A program made the position numbers and the translations under genes. A stretch of 64,000 nt of DNA from Candidatus Latescibacterota bacterium (lineage in GTDB: Bacteria > Latescibacterota > UBA2968): the NCBI GenBank assembly GCA_965222605.1, contig OZ244960.1:5805280-5869279 (forward strand), in the 5' to 3' direction. Below the pieces are notes generated by a model that searched no databases, was not told the DNA's origin, and worked only from the letters and a program-made list of their open reading frames with translations. Shown in pieces: positions 62,403 to 64,000 of the stretch. Each line of letters opens with the position of its first letter. Position 1 is the stretch's first letter.

Positions 62403-64000
62403 ATGCCCAGATCAAAACGCATACCCAAGACCGTGGAAGCCCTGCGGCACAAGGACGCATCACGAAAGAATATCCCCACAGTCGAATATCAGGCTGTGAT
62501 GGCGGACGATGAGCGAAGCCCCATCCAGGTTGCGTACAAACGCCGCAACCGCGACCTCGATCCCCAATTGGTATGGCGTGGCAAGGATGAACAGGATTGG
62601 TCAGATTTGGTGGTACAGGCGCCGCCTCTGTACATTCAAGAGAAGGTTCACCCCAAGGTGCTGATCGACGATTTGATGCGCCAGAGCGAGGAAGACGTTG
62701 CGAGTGAGTCGGGCTTCCAGACCGATCTCTTCGCCGATTTCAATGGCCTGCCTTCAGAGGATGCTAAGACCGAGTTCTATCAGCACGACGCCAACTGGTC
62801 GAACCGCATGATCCTCGGCGATAGCTTGCAGGTGATGGCATCGCTGGCTGAGCGCGAAGGACTGCGCGGCAAGGTGCAGTGCATATACATTGACCCGCCT
62901 TATGGGATTAAGTTCAATTCTAATTTCCAGTGGTCAACCACCAGCCGAACCGTGCGAGACGGCAAAGCCGAGCACATTACCCGAGAGCCGGAGCAAGTGA
63001 AGGCGTTTCGGGATACATGGCGGGATGGGATTCATTCGTATTTGACATATCTGCGGGATCGGCTGGCTGTGGCGCGGGATTTGTTGACGGAGAGTGGTTC
63101 TGTATTTGTACAGATTGGGGACGAGAATGTACATCGGGTGCGGGCGGTGATGGATGAGGTGTTTGGGGAGGAGAATTTTGTTGCAGGAATAGTAATCACT
63201 AAAACGACCAGCGCAACTTCTCTTTATATGGCTGGAATTTGCGACTATATCCTTTGGACTGCGAAGAATTACAAAGCGTTGAAATATCGCCAGCCATTCC
63301 GCGAAAAAAGGGCAGGCGAAGCAGGAGCTGCTTTATACAACCGCATTCAAAGTGCCGATGGGGGAACCGTTCGCGCCTTGTCCAAAGGTGAAGACTACGA
63401 GCGAGATTTTTCAAATGAAGGTTGGTTTCTCGTAACATCTGACAATTTTTTGTCACAGTCTGGGGGACGGACCACACAGCAGCCGTTTTTATTTCAAGGA
63501 GAAGTGTATAGACCATCAAGCGGAGGGTGGAAAACAAACTCGGAAGGAATAAAGCGTCTAATTGCAGCGTCTCGTATAACTAAAGGTGGACGAGCACCGC
63601 GATATATCCGCCGCATTAAGGATTTTCCCGTATCTCCTGTTGCAAATGTTTGGGATGATATGTTGACAGGAAGTTTTACTGAAGAAAAGAGATATGTAGT
63701 ACAGACTGCGGAGAAGATTGTCCAACGCTGTATTCTCATGGCCACCGACCCCAGCGACCTCGTTCTCGATCCAACTTGTGGCTCTGGCACAACCGCGCAT
63801 GTCGCCGAACAGTGGGGACGCCGCTGGATCACGATTGATACCTCTCGTGTCGCGCTGGCGCTGGCTCGTGCCCGCATCATGGGCGCACGTTATCCCTATT
63901 ACCTGCTTTCCGATAGTCGTGAGGGGCAGTTGAAAGAGGCAGAGATCGAGCGCAGAGTCCCCTCAGATGCGCCCACCTATAACAACATCCGCCAGGGCTT
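62403..64000 (+). CDS. mod: Type III DNA methyltransferase Mod subunit (N6/N4 class), 3' end beyond window
   Basis: Not in ORF track (open to window edge). ATG 62403 after GGAGG; motif IV IYIDPPYG (DPPY) precedes motif I DPTCGSGTTAHVA. Confidence 0.88.
   Translation, partial: MPRSKRIPKTVEALRHKDASRKNIPTVEYQAVMADDERSPIQVAYKRRNRDLDPQLVWRGKDEQDWSDLVVQAPPLYIQEKVHPKVLIDDLMRQSEEDVASESGFQTDLFADFNGLPSEDAKTEFYQHDANWSNRMILGDSLQVMASLAEREGLRGKVQCIYIDPPYGIKFNSNFQWSTTSRTVRDGKAEHITREPEQVKAFRDTWRDGIHSYLTYLRDRLAVARDLLTESGSVFVQIGDENVHRVRAVMDEVFGEENFVAGIVITKTTSATSLYMAGICDYILWTAKNYKALKYRQPFREKRAGEAGAALYNRIQSADGGTVRALSKGEDYERDFSNEGWFLVTSDNFLSQSGGRTTQQPFLFQGEVYRPSSGGWKTNSEGIKRLIAASRITKGGRAPRYIRRIKDFPVSPVANVWDDMLTGSFTEEKRYVVQTAEKIVQRCILMATDPSDLVLDPTCGSGTTAHVAEQWGRRWITIDTSRVALALARARIMGARYPYYLLSDSREGQLKEAEIERRVPSDAPTYNNIRQG

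Overview
This is a 64-kb chromosomal segment from what looks like an uncultivated, glycan-degrading heterotrophic bacterium. All family calls are by-eye motif recognition; no searches were run.

Housekeeping blocks:
- sbcD-sbcC-alr
- proS-glnS-tRNA-Gln
- tRNA-Pro and tRNA-Glu
- a Cys-type sulfatase and a heparinase II/III-like protein
- six Gfo/Idh/MocA oxidoreductases

These alternate with accessory islets. The main observations are:
1. 33.0-39.9 kb holds a self-contained sigma-54 circuit. A cytoplasmic propeller/Y_Y_Y-AAA+ activator gene is followed by three GATCATATA-N-GATC palindromes and a perfect TGGCAC-N5-TTGCA promoter. That promoter drives a secreted unknown protein plus a tandem array of three FGE/C-type-lectin-fold genes.
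2. The 3' ends of those three genes look like variable repeats of a diversity-generating retroelement (DGR). One copy starts with an Avd-like peptide. No reverse transcriptase or template repeat is in the window, so I read the locus as a decayed or orphan DGR target locus.
3. A solo tnpB (21.9-23.1 kb) has a consensus sigma-70 promoter, flanking hairpins, and Gly in place of the canonical RuvC-II glutamate.
4. An IS982-family element with a 9-bp target duplication splits a small gene (42.05-43.13 kb).
5. A Type III restriction-modification locus (55.4-64 kb, AlbA_2 protein-res...mod) has res and mod pushed 2.1 kb apart. The insert is a graveyard of toxin-antitoxin remnants, an AT-rich two-gene membrane cassette and a diverged duplicate of the mod 5' end.
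6. Three secreted LRR paralogues, HigBA and a toxin-first VapC pair complete the accessory content.

No CRISPR array, rRNA or prophage was seen.
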